Source: an uncultured Pelagibacteraceae bacterium
GTDB lineage: Bacteria; Pseudomonadota; Alphaproteobacteria; Pelagibacterales; Pelagibacteraceae
Direction of reading: 5' to 3'
DNA length: 64,000 nucleotides
Assembly (NCBI GenBank): GCA_902568465.1
Contig: CACFQR010000001.1
Span: forward strand, 100,525-164,524
The notes beneath the pieces are model-generated. The model worked only from the letters and a program-made list of their open reading frames with translations, made no database searches and was not told where the DNA came from. Position 1 is the stretch's first letter. Each line of letters starts with the position of its first letter. Both the position numbers and the translations under genes were made by a program. Positions 8,383 to 18,839 of the stretch are shown here, piece after piece.

Positions 8383-10326
8383 ATGTCAGCAAAAGTAACG
8401 TGGCTGATAGTGTTCGTATTACTCTACTGGGCTTATTGCATATACTGGGGAGTAAGAGGTGCACAGATGGCGAAGACAGCATCTGACTACTTCATTTCGG
8501 GAAGAAAACTTCCTATGTGGGTATTCGTTCTGGCCGCCACAGCTACATCATTTTCTGGTTGGACCTTTATGGGTCACCCAGGATTAATTTATAGAGACGG
8601 TTTTCAGTACGCTTATGCCTCTTTTTATGTCATCACAATTCCTTTTACAGGTGTGATGTTCCTAAAAAGACAATGGATACTTGGAAAACGTTTTGGTTAT
8701 GTAACTCCAGGAGAAATGCTAGCAGATTACTTCAAAGGTGATATGATTCGTATTTTAACTGTAGTCGTAGCTTTATGCTTTTCGGTTCCATACTTAGGTT
8801 TACAATTAGCAGCATCTGGAAAATTGTTTAACGTTTTATCAGATGGATTATGGGGAGTAACAACTGGTACATGGGTACTTGCACTTATTGTTGCCCTTTA
8901 CGTAGGATTAGGCGGATTAAGAGCCGTAGCTTATGTAGATACACTGCAGTGTATACTTTTATGGTTTGGAATAATCGCGATTGGTTTTATAGCATACGAT
9001 CTCGTTGGAGGTTGGACTTCACTAAACGAAGGACTAGCTAAAGTTGCTTTGGTAGAAGGCACTAAATGGGGAAGAACTCCAGGTGATAACTACTCAGCTT
9101 ACTTTGCGATTCCCGGTGTCATACAGTTTACAGCTGGACTAGGAAAAGAAACTCCAGTTGGTGGATTGTGGACAGGAGTGATGGTGTTAACATATATGTT
9201 TGCTCTAATGGGCATTCATTCTTCACCAGCATTCTCTATGTGGGCATTCTCTAACAAAGATCCAGAACCATTTGCACCACAACAAGTTTGGGCTTCATCA
9301 TTTGGAATAGGCTTTGCTCTATTCATATTTACTGCAGCTCAAGGTATGGGGGCACACATATTAGGTGCCGATCCAGTTGTGAATGCAGCAGGAGTAAACA
9401 TATCGAATGTACTTCCAGAGTCTATTGGTAAGGGTGGTCAAGGAAATCTTGTTCCATACTTTATTAATACGGTTGGAGATGCAGCTCCATGGTTTGTTGG
9501 TCTTCTTGCAGTATGTGCACTGGCTGCTATGCAGTCTACAGGTGCAGCATACATGTCAACATGTGGATCAATGTTAACTAGAGATATCTACAAAAAATTC
9601 TTCAGACCTAAATTATCTCACGCTGAACAAAAAATGTTTGGACGTATTTGTGTGGTATTAGTAGTTGGGGGAGCTTTATTAGTAGCAACTTTCTCTAGAG
9701 ACGCATTGGTACTACTTGGTGGATTAGCAGTAGCGTTTGGTTTCCAAATGTGGGTACCATTAGCTGCAGTTTGCTACTTCCCATGGTTGACGAGAGAAGG
9801 AGTGTCTTGGGGACTTTTAGCAGGAATTATTGCTGTAATGATGACTGAAAGTATTGGTCAAACATTATTTGGCGACAGTATACCTTGGGGAAGATGGCCT
9901 TGGACAATGCACTCAGCATTCTGGGGTATGTTCTTCCAGTTATTGGTATGCTTACCAATTTCTGCAATGACTCAAAACTCAAGAGATCGTGCTCATAGAC
10001 AAAAATACCATGACTTCTTAGCTGATCACGCTGGTCTTCCAGCAAGCAAGCAGAGTCTTAAACCTGCTGCTTGGATTATAACAATAGCTTGGTTATTCTT
10101 CGGAATTGGACCAGGTGCTGTTATTGGAAATGATATCTTTGGATCTCCAAATGATATCAGCACATGGACGTTTGGCATACCTTCAATTTGGGCTTGGCAA
10201 ATATTATTCTGGATATTAGGTACTGGAATGATGTGGTTCTTAGCTTACAAAATGGAAATGTCGACTATTCCTAAGAAAGCAGTGAGTTCTCTAATAGATG
10301 ATATTGGAGATACAGCAAGAGGCTAA
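8383..10326 (+). CDS. Sodium:solute symporter (SSS) family transporter
   Basis: 647 aa with about 13-14 TM segments and an SSS-type N-terminus (DYFISGRKLPMWVFVLAATATSFSGWTFMG). Strong GGGGGA Shine-Dalgarno sequence. Visibly higher G+C and more C-ending codons than its neighbours. Confidence 0.9.
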   Translation: MSAKVTWLIVFVLLYWAYCIYWGVRGAQMAKTASDYFISGRKLPMWVFVLAATATSFSGWTFMGHPGLIYRDGFQYAYASFYVITIPFTGVMFLKRQWILGKRFGYVTPGEMLADYFKGDMIRILTVVVALCFSVPYLGLQLAASGKLFNVLSDGLWGVTTGTWVLALIVALYVGLGGLRAVAYVDTLQCILLWFGIIAIGFIAYDLVGGWTSLNEGLAKVALVEGTKWGRTPGDNYSAYFAIPGVIQFTAGLGKETPVGGLWTGVMVLTYMFALMGIHSSPAFSMWAFSNKDPEPFAPQQVWASSFGIGFALFIFTAAQGMGAHILGADPVVNAAGVNISNVLPESIGKGGQGNLVPYFINTVGDAAPWFVGLLAVCALAAMQSTGAAYMSTCGSMLTRDIYKKFFRPKLSHAEQKMFGRICVVLVVGGALLVATFSRDALVLLGGLAVAFGFQMWVPLAAVCYFPWLTREGVSWGLLAGIIAVMMTESIGQTLFGDSIPWGRWPWTMHSAFWGMFFQLLVCLPISAMTQNSRDRAHRQKYHDFLADHAGLPASKQSLKPAAWIITIAWLFFGIGPGAVIGNDIFGSPNDISTWTFGIPSIWAWQILFWILGTGMMWFLAYKMEMSTIPKKAVSSLIDDIGDTARG

Positions 10327-10353
10327 ATATTAAATTTACCTTGCGTAAAATTC

Positions 10354-10390
10354 AAGAAGGGCGGGAATTCTCGCCCTTCTTTTTTTTTTT
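10354..10390 (+). terminator. Rho-independent terminator
   Basis: GAAGGGCG (10356-10363) pairs with CGCCCTTC (10372-10379) and is followed by a run of 11 T. Confidence 0.85.
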
Positions 10391-10424
10391 GACTTAGTGT
10401 TGATATAAAAATATAAATTTTAAT

Positions 10425-11084
10425 ATGCGATCTATAAAAATTTCTCCTTCTATCTTATCAGCGGATTTTAGTAGATTAGGTGATGAAATTCAGAATTTAG
10501 AAAAGGCACAAGCTGATTTGATTCATATAGACGTAATGGATGGTCATTTCGTTCCTAATTTAACTATTGGACCAGTAGTGATAAAAAAATTAAGAAAATA
10601 TACTAATCTGCCATTTGATGTTCATTTAATGATTTCGCCAGTTCACAAATACATTAAAAATTATGCTGAGGCTGGTGCTAACATTATTACAATACATCCT
10701 GAAGCAACAGAAAATTTAGAAAGTTCAATAAAAGAAATTAAGTCTTATAATAAAAAAGCAGGAGTTTCACTTAATCCCGAAACATCGGTAGATAAAGTTT
10801 TGCCAGTGCTACATCTAATTGATCTTGTGTTAATAATGAGTGTTAATCCAGGATTTGGTGGCCAAAAATTCATGGAAAAAACTTTAGAAAAAGTAAAAAT
10901 ATTAAGAAAAGAAATTGATAAAAAAAAACTTAAAGCAGAAATAGAAATAGATGGTGGTATAAATTTTGAAAATGCCAAAAAAGCAAAAGATGCAGGTGTA
11001 GATATATTGGTTTCAGGTACAACAATTTTTCAAGAAAATGAGGGAGACTTAAAAAGAAATATTCAACTGTTAAAAACAGGTTAA
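10425..11084 (+). CDS. rpe: Ribulose-phosphate 3-epimerase
   Basis: Rpe signature (ISPSILSADF, HIDVMDGHFVPNLT, MSVNPGFGGQKF). Confidence 0.95.
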   Translation: MRSIKISPSILSADFSRLGDEIQNLEKAQADLIHIDVMDGHFVPNLTIGPVVIKKLRKYTNLPFDVHLMISPVHKYIKNYAEAGANIITIHPEATENLESSIKEIKSYNKKAGVSLNPETSVDKVLPVLHLIDLVLIMSVNPGFGGQKFMEKTLEKVKILRKEIDKKKLKAEIEIDGGINFENAKKAKDAGVDILVSGTTIFQENEGDLKRNIQLLKTG

Positions 11085-11089
11085 ATAAA

Positions 11090-12745
11090 ATGTATAGGTT
11101 TAAAAGTATCAAACTATACTTTTTTTCAATTATAAAATTATTTTTCTTAAGTATAAGAAATTTTTACTTCAAAAGTAAATTTTACAACAAAAAATTAATT
11201 GGTGATGTGCCAAGCAGAATTTTTTACAATCCTAGTACCTATTTAAGTGCTTCACTAACTTCAACCAATAAAGATTTCTATAAAGTAGAGAATAGTTCGC
11301 CAGAGCTACTGTGGAGAACAAGTATTAAAGAGAAACTAAAATTTGAAAATTTGCATAGTTTTCTCTGGTTAGCAAGACTAGATAGAAAAAATAGTAAAAA
11401 CATCACTAAACTTATAATTAAAAGTTGGAACAATAATTTTTTTAATTATGAAAGTAATACCTGGGAAATGGAAATTACCGCCAAAAGAGTTATAGCATGG
11501 ATCTCTAACACTGATATAACTTTAGAGGGATCAGATAAAGTTTATAGAGAAGAATTTTTCTTAAGTTTAATTAAACAATCCAATTTCCTTTTAAAAAATT
11601 TAAAAAATTTATTTTATAATCCTACTAAAATTATTTGCTGTGCTGCAATAATATTATCAGGAATAGCTTTTAAAGAAAATGACCTAAACTATAAAATAGG
11701 TACCAAAGAATTAGAAAAAATTATAAAAAATTTTTTTGACGAAAATGGATTTCCAAAATCAAGAAATCCCGAAGAAGTTTTCGTTAGTTTAAAATATTTA
11801 ATTTTAATCAGAGAATGGTTTAAAGAGGCGCAAAAACCAATACCAGATTTTTTAAATGAAATTATTATTAAATGTGGAAATTGCTATGCAATATTGTCAA
11901 GTAATAACAATCAATTTCCTTTATTTAACGGCGCAACAGAAATTGATAATAAAAATTACGATCACTTTTTAAAAACATTAAAGTATAAATTTGATAGCAA
12001 AAAAAACGTTGTGGGAGATTTAATTTTAATAAAGAAAAAAAAATTTCAATTATCAATGGACTGTGGTAATCCCCCACCAAGTATATTTTCTAAAAATTAT
12101 CAGGCAGGTTGTTTATCTTTTGAACTTACTGCTAATAAGCAAAAAATAATTTGTAATTCTGGGTATGGAAAGTATCTTTCACCTAAATTAAAATCATTAA
12201 GCAGATCTACAGCAGCACATTCAACCTTATACCTTAACGATACTTCATCTTGTACTTTTCAAAAAAATGAATCTATAAACAAAATATATGGAAATTTATT
12301 ACTCCAAAAACATAAAATTATTAGGAAAGATCTTGTTGAGGATAAAGAATTTTACTACATTTCAGCCTCACATAATGGGTATGAAAAAAGATTTGGATAT
12401 ATTCACCGTAGATCAATAAAAATTTCAAAAAAAGAAGATAAAATTTTTGGTATAGACGAGCTAAAAAAAACAAAAAACAACTCAAATTCTTTAATTTACT
12501 TTGTAAGATTTCACATATACCCGGACACTAAAATTGTTAAAACGAAAGCTGGAAACTCGGTAATAATTAGTTTATCAAATGGTGACGGATGGATATTAGA
12601 GAGTAAGACTAATAATCTTGAAATCGAAAAAAATATTTATCTTGGTAATAAGAACAAAATTTCAAATAATGAGTCAATTTCAATCTCTGGTAAAATAAAT
12701 GATGAAACAGTCTCAATAAATTGGGAAATTAAAAAAAGTAATTAA
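11090..12745 (+). CDS. Heparinase II/III-like family protein
   Basis: About 550 aa directly upstream of purH, the position held by a heparinase II/III-like gene in many alphaproteobacteria. The C-terminal part (STAAHSTL...) fits the family. The call comes from memory of family and synteny. Confidence 0.55.
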   Translation: MYRFKSIKLYFFSIIKLFFLSIRNFYFKSKFYNKKLIGDVPSRIFYNPSTYLSASLTSTNKDFYKVENSSPELLWRTSIKEKLKFENLHSFLWLARLDRKNSKNITKLIIKSWNNNFFNYESNTWEMEITAKRVIAWISNTDITLEGSDKVYREEFFLSLIKQSNFLLKNLKNLFYNPTKIICCAAIILSGIAFKENDLNYKIGTKELEKIIKNFFDENGFPKSRNPEEVFVSLKYLILIREWFKEAQKPIPDFLNEIIIKCGNCYAILSSNNNQFPLFNGATEIDNKNYDHFLKTLKYKFDSKKNVVGDLILIKKKKFQLSMDCGNPPPSIFSKNYQAGCLSFELTANKQKIICNSGYGKYLSPKLKSLSRSTAAHSTLYLNDTSSCTFQKNESINKIYGNLLLQKHKIIRKDLVEDKEFYYISASHNGYEKRFGYIHRRSIKISKKEDKIFGIDELKKTKNNSNSLIYFVRFHIYPDTKIVKTKAGNSVIISLSNGDGWILESKTNNLEIEKNIYLGNKNKISNNESISISGKINDETVSINWEIKKSN

Positions 12746-12748
12746 ATT

Positions 12749-14290
12749 ATGAAATTAAAAAAAATTAAAAGGGCAATTATATCTGTCGCAAATAAAGAAA
12801 ATCTAAAATTGATTTTGCCAACTTTAAAAAAATTTAATATTGAAATTATAAGTTCTGGCGGTTCATTTAAAAAAATTAAAAATATGAAATATAAATGTAT
12901 AGAAGTATCTAACTACACTAAATTTTCTGAAATGCTAGATGGAAGAGTAAAAACCTTACATCCTAAAATTCATGCTGGAATTCTTAATATAAGAAATAAT
13001 ACAAAACATAAAAAAGAGTTAAAAAAAGGAAATATACCGAATATAGATTTAGTTATTGTAGACCTCTATCCTTTTGAAAAAGAAATCCAAAAAAAAAATA
13101 GTGAAAAAAAAATCATTGATTATATAGATATTGGAGGAACAGCTTTGATCAGAGCAGCTGCAAAAAACTTCAATGATGTTACTGTAATTTCTGATATTTC
13201 AGATTATATAAACCTTAAAAAGGAGCTTGAAATATTTAAAGGCTCAACCTCTTTAAATTTTAGAAAAATTATGTCTGCTAAGGCATTTGGATCTACAGCG
13301 TACAATGACTCGGTAATATCTAACTGGTTCAATAATAAATTAAATATAAAATTTCCTGAAAAAAAAACTATATATGGGAAATTAATTGATAATCTTCGTT
13401 ATGGTGAAAATCCGCACCAGCAAAGTAGCTTATATAAAACAGGATTAAATTTAGGTTTAAAACAGTTGAGCGGAAAAAAGCTCAGCTATAATAATTATAA
13501 TGATATTTATTCAGCGCTAAATATTTTAAATTCTTTTAAAAAAAATGAAGGTATAGCAATAATTAAGCATGCTACTCCATGTGGTGTGTCTATAGAAAAA
13601 AACAGCATTAGATGTTTTCAGAATGCGCTTGCATGCGATCCTATAAGCTCATTTGGAGGTGTTATTGCTGTTAATACTATTATTACAAAAAGTTTAGCAT
13701 ATGAAATAAATAAAATTTTTTTCGAAATAGTAATATCACGAGGTTTTAAAAAAGATGCTTTAAAAATATTAAAAAAGAAAAAAAATATAAGGTTAATAGA
13801 TTGTAATAAATTAAATTTAATTAATGAACATAATTTTCTTTTTTTAGGAAATGCCTTTTTAGCACAAGATAAGGATAGAGACCTATTTGATAAAAAATTA
13901 AAAATAGTAACGAGAAAAAAACCAACATTAAATCAGCTTAAAAGTTTAAAATTTGCATTTAATGTTTGTAAATTTGTAAAATCAAACTCCATTGTTTTAG
14001 TAAGTGGAAAATCTACTATAGGTATCGGGGGTGGCCAACCAAGTAGATTAGATAGTTGCAAAATAGCTTCAAAAAAAGCTCTAGAATTCGTCCCCGAAAA
14101 AATTCAAAACTCTGTTGCAGCTTCTGACGCATTCTTTCCATTTCCTGATGGCATTGAAGAATTAGCTGAAGCTGGAGTAGAAGCTATTATCCAGCCAGGT
14201 GGATCAATAAATGATAAAAAAGTTATAGAAGCAGCAAATAATGCAGGCTTGGTTATGGCTTTTACCAAGATTAGACATTTTTTACATTAG
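12749..14290 (+). CDS. purH: Bifunctional AICAR transformylase / IMP cyclohydrolase
   Basis: Full-length PurH (RALISV-like N-terminus, GRVKTLHPKIHAGIL, C-terminal IQPGGSINDK...FTKIRHF). Confidence 0.95.
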   Translation: MKLKKIKRAIISVANKENLKLILPTLKKFNIEIISSGGSFKKIKNMKYKCIEVSNYTKFSEMLDGRVKTLHPKIHAGILNIRNNTKHKKELKKGNIPNIDLVIVDLYPFEKEIQKKNSEKKIIDYIDIGGTALIRAAAKNFNDVTVISDISDYINLKKELEIFKGSTSLNFRKIMSAKAFGSTAYNDSVISNWFNNKLNIKFPEKKTIYGKLIDNLRYGENPHQQSSLYKTGLNLGLKQLSGKKLSYNNYNDIYSALNILNSFKKNEGIAIIKHATPCGVSIEKNSIRCFQNALACDPISSFGGVIAVNTIITKSLAYEINKIFFEIVISRGFKKDALKILKKKKNIRLIDCNKLNLINEHNFLFLGNAFLAQDKDRDLFDKKLKIVTRKKPTLNQLKSLKFAFNVCKFVKSNSIVLVSGKSTIGIGGGQPSRLDSCKIASKKALEFVPEKIQNSVAASDAFFPFPDGIEELAEAGVEAIIQPGGSINDKKVIEAANNAGLVMAFTKIRHFLH

Positions 14291-14293
14291 CTA

Positions 14294-14629
14294 TTAAATT
14301 TTATTTATTTTAGCTGCTAAAATAAAATCGCTTTCAACAAGACCGTTTATTTTGTGAGTAAAAATTTGAACTTTTGCATAACCCCATCCAAAAATTATAT
14401 CAGGGTGATGACCTTCTGCTTCAGCAATTTTACCAACTTCATTTACAAATTTTTGGCTTTCTAAAAAATTTTTAAAAGTAAAATTTCTTTCAAGAAAATA
14501 AACTTCATTTTCCTTTTTTTTTACATCCCATCCATCAACTTTTTTTAAATATTTGTGTATTTCTGAAATATCAAATGGAGGAATTCCGCCTCGGCAAGGA
14601 ATACAATTTTTTTCATGTAAATCACTCAT
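14294..14629 (-). CDS. phhB: Pterin-4-alpha-carbinolamine dehydratase
   Basis: PCD/DCoH family, EGHHPD motif, about 110 aa. Confidence 0.9.
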   Translation of the reverse strand: MSDLHEKNCIPCRGGIPPFDISEIHKYLKKVDGWDVKKKENEVYFLERNFTFKNFLESQKFVNEVGKIAEAEGHHPDIIFGWGYAKVQIFTHKINGLVESDFILAAKINKI

Positions 14630-14729
14630 TAAATTTATTGTATTTTAACATCAATTTTTAGTCAAATACGCATAATTACACACCAAATGAGTCGTGAGTG
14701 TATCGAGAATAACTGAACGTCGAAATTTT

Positions 14730-14804
14730 TGGAGCGGGAGAAGGGAATTGAACCCTCGACCTAAACGTTGGCAACGTTTCGCTCTACCACTGAGCTACTC
14801 CCGC
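14730..14804 (-). tRNA. tRNA-Gly (anticodon GCC), CCA encoded
   Basis: The reverse complement GCGGGAGTAGCTCAGTGGTAGAGCGAAACGTTGCCAACGTTTAGGTCGAGGGTTCAATTCCCTTCTCCCGCTCCA folds by hand into a cloverleaf: 7-bp acceptor stem, anticodon loop TTGCCAA, T-loop TTCAATT. Confidence 0.95.
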
Positions 14805-14852
14805 TTTTATAAATTCATTATAAGGTAATGTTTTTTTATAGGCAAGAAATAA

Positions 14853-16031
14853 TTAAAATTTAAATTTATTATTGGCTAAATTAAAAAGAAATTTTTTTGC
14901 ATAAGGATTTTTACTAATAATTGATAATGTTTGATTTCTAATATTTTGATATGGTTTATTTTTTATAGAAAAACTTTTTTTTAATATATCTAAACCCATT
15001 GAATATATAAAATTTCTTGGCTTAGCCTCATTAGAAAATTCTGACAAAATTTCATTACTGCCAATATCTATACCTAGATTAATTTTATTTCTTAGTTTTT
15101 TTTCAAGATCCTCAAGATCTCTTATAATCATATTAAACCCTTGCCCAGCAAATGGATGGACTGTATGTAATGCATCTCCAAATAGTAATATTCTATCTTT
15201 GTAATAATTTTGACTGATAAATAAATTTAAATCATTAATCTCCAGATTAGAAAAAAACTTTATTTTTTTATAAAAACTTGTTGCACTTAAATAAATTTTT
15301 TTTTTAATTAAAAAATTGCGTCTATTTTTATATTTTTCTATAACTTTCTTTTTGACAGACCAAACCACTGAAGTTTCTGTATTGGATATTGGTAGAAAAG
15401 CCATGATACCACTATCTAAAAAAATTTGGTGTGCACTATTATTATTTAAAAATTCATGTTTTAAAATAGTAGTAATGGATACCTCTCTATAGCCATGATT
15501 AATATTATTAGATGAGGCAATATTTTTTGTTAGATCAGAATTTTTACCAGTACAAAAAATCAATAGATTATATTTAGATTGGTAGTCCTTATTAAATTTT
15601 ATACTTTTTAAAAAACCAGAAGTTATCATTTTAAAATTTAATTTCTTTTTTTTAATTTTTACTATTTTTTTTCTAATAATATAATCGTTGATATTTTGAA
15701 TAATTTGGGAATTCCGTGTCATATACAAAATTTTCTTTTTACTACTTTCAAATTCATTTATTTCAAATATTTTATTTAATTTAGAAGTCTTAGAAACTGT
15801 ATATAATTTCATTTTCGAGCATGGCCAAAATAATTTTTTATCAACACTAAGTATTTTATTTTTTTTTAAAAAATTGACATTATCTTGTGAAATTGCGGTT
15901 GTTCTATTATTAATTTTTTTATTAACACTTCCTGCTATTAGATCGATTTTTACATTAAGCCTAGATAGTATTGCAGCTGTCAATAATCCCGTTAAACCGC
16001 TGCCAATGATGCAAATTTTTTGCTGTTTCAT
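14853..16031 (-). CDS. FAD-dependent monooxygenase, UbiH/UbiF/COQ6 family (ubiquinone biosynthesis hydroxylase)
   Basis: N-terminal GxGxxG (ICIIGSGLTGLL) and C-terminal LFGDALHTVHPFAGQGFN motif. Confidence 0.8.
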   Translation of the reverse strand: MKQQKICIIGSGLTGLLTAAILSRLNVKIDLIAGSVNKKINNRTTAISQDNVNFLKKNKILSVDKKLFWPCSKMKLYTVSKTSKLNKIFEINEFESSKKKILYMTRNSQIIQNINDYIIRKKIVKIKKKKLNFKMITSGFLKSIKFNKDYQSKYNLLIFCTGKNSDLTKNIASSNNINHGYREVSITTILKHEFLNNNSAHQIFLDSGIMAFLPISNTETSVVWSVKKKVIEKYKNRRNFLIKKKIYLSATSFYKKIKFFSNLEINDLNLFISQNYYKDRILLFGDALHTVHPFAGQGFNMIIRDLEDLEKKLRNKINLGIDIGSNEILSEFSNEAKPRNFIYSMGLDILKKSFSIKNKPYQNIRNQTLSIISKNPYAKKFLFNLANNKFKF

Positions 16032-16108
16032 ATTTTAAATCTATTTACAAAATAATTTTAACAATTATTAATAAATGATACAAAGTTAATTATATATTTA
16101 AAATTAAT

Positions 16109-18253
16109 ATGAAATCTGAAATCTTATCAAAAATTAATAACTTCATTAGGTACAGAATAATTGAATTGGTGGGAATTTTTTTGATATTAAGTAGTTTTTT
16201 CCTACTATTGTCGATAATCACCTATTCACCTGGAGATCCCAATTTTATTTATAGACCTGAAAATACTGATATTGAAAATTTAGGAGGATTTTATGGAAGC
16301 GTAGTTTCTGATTTTTTCTTTCAATCAATTGGACTTATTTCATTTTTAATAGTTATTAACTTGTTTTTATTTGGTTACAAAACTATTTTATTAAAAAAAA
16401 ATATAATTAGTAAAGTAAAATCAAATGAGATTCTAAGCCTAAAGCTGTTCTATATATTATTATATATTATTTTTGGGACAACCTTTTTGCATTTGTCTTA
16501 TAATAATTCTTTTTGGCTTATAGATAATGGTAACGGAGGTTTTGTTGGTCGTATAATTAAGGAAACTATATACAACATAACTCCATTGATTGAAAATATA
16601 TATGTAGCTTATGGCGCAGCTTTGCTTACTATTACATTTTTTATATTAAGCTTAAGCATGCAAGGAAAAGAAATTTCTAAAATTATTTTTTTTCCTGTTT
16701 TATTACTTAAAACTGTAAAAAATATATTTAAGTCAAAAAAAGGGAAAGAAGATATAGTTGTAGATAATATAAATATTCAACCTGAACCAAAAATTTCAGA
16801 ACAAGATGTCTTAAAAGAAAAACAGCCTATTTTACCTTTTTCAAAGAATAAAGTAACAAAAAATATAACTAATAATTTTCAATTACCTTCTTTATCTTTT
16901 TTAGAAAAAAACGCAGATTTAAAAAATAAAAAAAATATTGACTCTTCTGAACTTTCAAAAAATTCTGAATTCTTGGAAAAAATATTACTTGATTTTGGTG
17001 TAGAAGGAAAAATAAAAAGAGTTAGCTCAGGTCCTGTAGTTACATTAAATGAATTTGAACCTGCATCAGGAATAAAAGTTTCTAAAATAGTTAATCTAGC
17101 AGATGACATAGCGCGAAATACTAGTTCTATCTCCACAAGAGTCGCCACTATACCGGGAAAAAACACCATTGGAATTGAAATTCCAAACACAAAAAGAGAA
17201 AATGTATTTCTAAGTGAAATTATTACTGATGAAAAATTTAAAAGAAGAGATGTTAAACTACCAATTGCTCTAGGAAAAAGTATCTCTGGCACAGCTATAG
17301 TTGGTGATCTTTTTGCAATGCCACATTTATTAATAGCAGGCACTACAGGATCAGGAAAATCAGTTTGTATTAATACTATAATATTGTCTTTGCTCTATAA
17401 ATATACTGCTGAAAAATGTAATTTAATTTTGATTGATCCAAAAATGCTAGAGTTATCAGCTTACGAAGGAATTCCTCATTTGCTTTGTCCAGTAATCACT
17501 GAAGCAAAAAAAGCTACCGCAGCACTAGGATGGGCTGTTAAAGAGATGGAAAGTAGATACAAATTAATGACGAGTGTTGGAGTGAAAAATATTGATGGAT
17601 ACAATTCTAAGCATAAAAAACATATGCCTTATATAGTAGTAATAGTTGATGAGATGTCTGACTTGATGTTAATAGCAGGAAAAGAAATAGAAAATTATAT
17701 CCAGAGATTGTCACAAATGGCTAGAGCAGCTGGTATTCATATAATTATGGCAACTCAAAGACCTAGTGTAGATGTAATTACCGGAACAATTAAAGCAAAT
17801 TTTCCTACAAGAATTTCATTCCAAGTTAGTTCCAAAATCGACAGTAGAACAATCCTTGGGGAGCAAGGCGCCGAACAGTTATTAGGTAAAGGGGATATGT
17901 TATTTATGTCTTCGGCAAACAGAATAATTAGAATACACGGCCCATACGTTTCAGAGTCAGAAATTGAGAAAGTTAATAGCTTTTTAAGATCCCAAGGTGA
18001 GCCAGATTACATTGAAGAAATTACAATAGTAAAAGATAAAAACACGGATGAAGATGAGAATGAAACAGAAGAAAAGGATGAGCTATATCATAAAGCTGTA
18101 GAAATCATTAAAACAGAAGGAAAGGCTTCCACTAGTTTTTTGCAAAGAAAATTACAGATTGGATATAATAGAGCAGCACGAATTATGGAAACAATGGAAA
18201 AAAATGGCATTGTAGGACCAGCTAATCACGTAGGAAAAAGAGAAATTTTATAG
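16109..18253 (+). CDS. ftsK: DNA translocase FtsK
   Basis: N-terminal TM domain, Walker A (GTTGSGKS), ATQRPSVDVITG, and a C-terminal gamma winged-helix domain (LQRKLQIGYNRAARIME). Confidence 0.95.
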   Translation: MKSEILSKINNFIRYRIIELVGIFLILSSFFLLLSIITYSPGDPNFIYRPENTDIENLGGFYGSVVSDFFFQSIGLISFLIVINLFLFGYKTILLKKNIISKVKSNEILSLKLFYILLYIIFGTTFLHLSYNNSFWLIDNGNGGFVGRIIKETIYNITPLIENIYVAYGAALLTITFFILSLSMQGKEISKIIFFPVLLLKTVKNIFKSKKGKEDIVVDNINIQPEPKISEQDVLKEKQPILPFSKNKVTKNITNNFQLPSLSFLEKNADLKNKKNIDSSELSKNSEFLEKILLDFGVEGKIKRVSSGPVVTLNEFEPASGIKVSKIVNLADDIARNTSSISTRVATIPGKNTIGIEIPNTKRENVFLSEIITDEKFKRRDVKLPIALGKSISGTAIVGDLFAMPHLLIAGTTGSGKSVCINTIILSLLYKYTAEKCNLILIDPKMLELSAYEGIPHLLCPVITEAKKATAALGWAVKEMESRYKLMTSVGVKNIDGYNSKHKKHMPYIVVIVDEMSDLMLIAGKEIENYIQRLSQMARAAGIHIIMATQRPSVDVITGTIKANFPTRISFQVSSKIDSRTILGEQGAEQLLGKGDMLFMSSANRIIRIHGPYVSESEIEKVNSFLRSQGEPDYIEEITIVKDKNTDEDENETEEKDELYHKAVEIIKTEGKASTSFLQRKLQIGYNRAARIMETMEKNGIVGPANHVGKREIL

Positions 18254-18260
18254 GATTTCA

Positions 18261-18839
18261 TTGAATAAAAAATTAAACATATTTTTTTTAGTAATATTTT
18301 TCTTTTTAGTTTTAGTCAGCAATTCCCAGGCAAATTTACAAGAAGATATTTTTAAAAAATTTGAGTCTACCAAAACTCTTTCTTTTGATTTTATACAAAA
18401 AATTGAGAATAAAAAAGAAATAGGAAATTGTTTTATAAAGTACCCTTTACTTATGAAATGTAATTATGATAATTTGAAAAAAAAAATTATAATTTCAAAT
18501 GGTAAAACTGTAGCTGTAATTAAAAAAAAATATAAAAAAATTTATTATTATCCATTAAAATCAACACCACTTTTTATAATATTAAAAAAGGAAAAAATTT
18601 TAAAACTTATAAAAGAAAACAAACCAACTGAAATTACTTCGGAGATTGTTACATTTGAATTTATAGACAAAAAATCTAATAAATTAAAAATACTCTTTGA
18701 TAAAAAAACATTGGACTTTAAGGGTTGGAAAACTAAAGATTCTTATGCAAATAATGTAAGTTTTATAATTAGTAATTTAAAAATAAATAATCAAATTATA
18801 GACGCATTCTTTAAAATTCCAAGAGAAGAGGATCTTTAA
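18261..18839 (+). CDS. lolA: Outer-membrane lipoprotein carrier protein LolA
   Basis: Signal peptide, LolA-like FxQ motif (LSFDFIQK), and the conserved position after ftsK. TTG start. Confidence 0.7.
   Translation: MNKKLNIFFLVIFFFLVLVSNSQANLQEDIFKKFESTKTLSFDFIQKIENKKEIGNCFIKYPLLMKCNYDNLKKKIIISNGKTVAVIKKKYKKIYYYPLKSTPLFIILKKEKILKLIKENKPTEITSEIVTFEFIDKKSNKLKILFDKKTLDFKGWKTKDSYANNVSFIISNLKINNQIIDAFFKIPREEDL

Noticed and set aside
8383-10326. Horizontal transfer as the explanation for the G+C-rich symporter and porin genes.
   Set aside because: This is not excluded, but there are no flanking mobile-element genes, tRNA-adjacent junctions or repeats. The bias is towards C-ending two-fold codons together with strong Shine-Dalgarno and terminator signals, which fits high expression better. 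I kept it as an open alternative in the findings.
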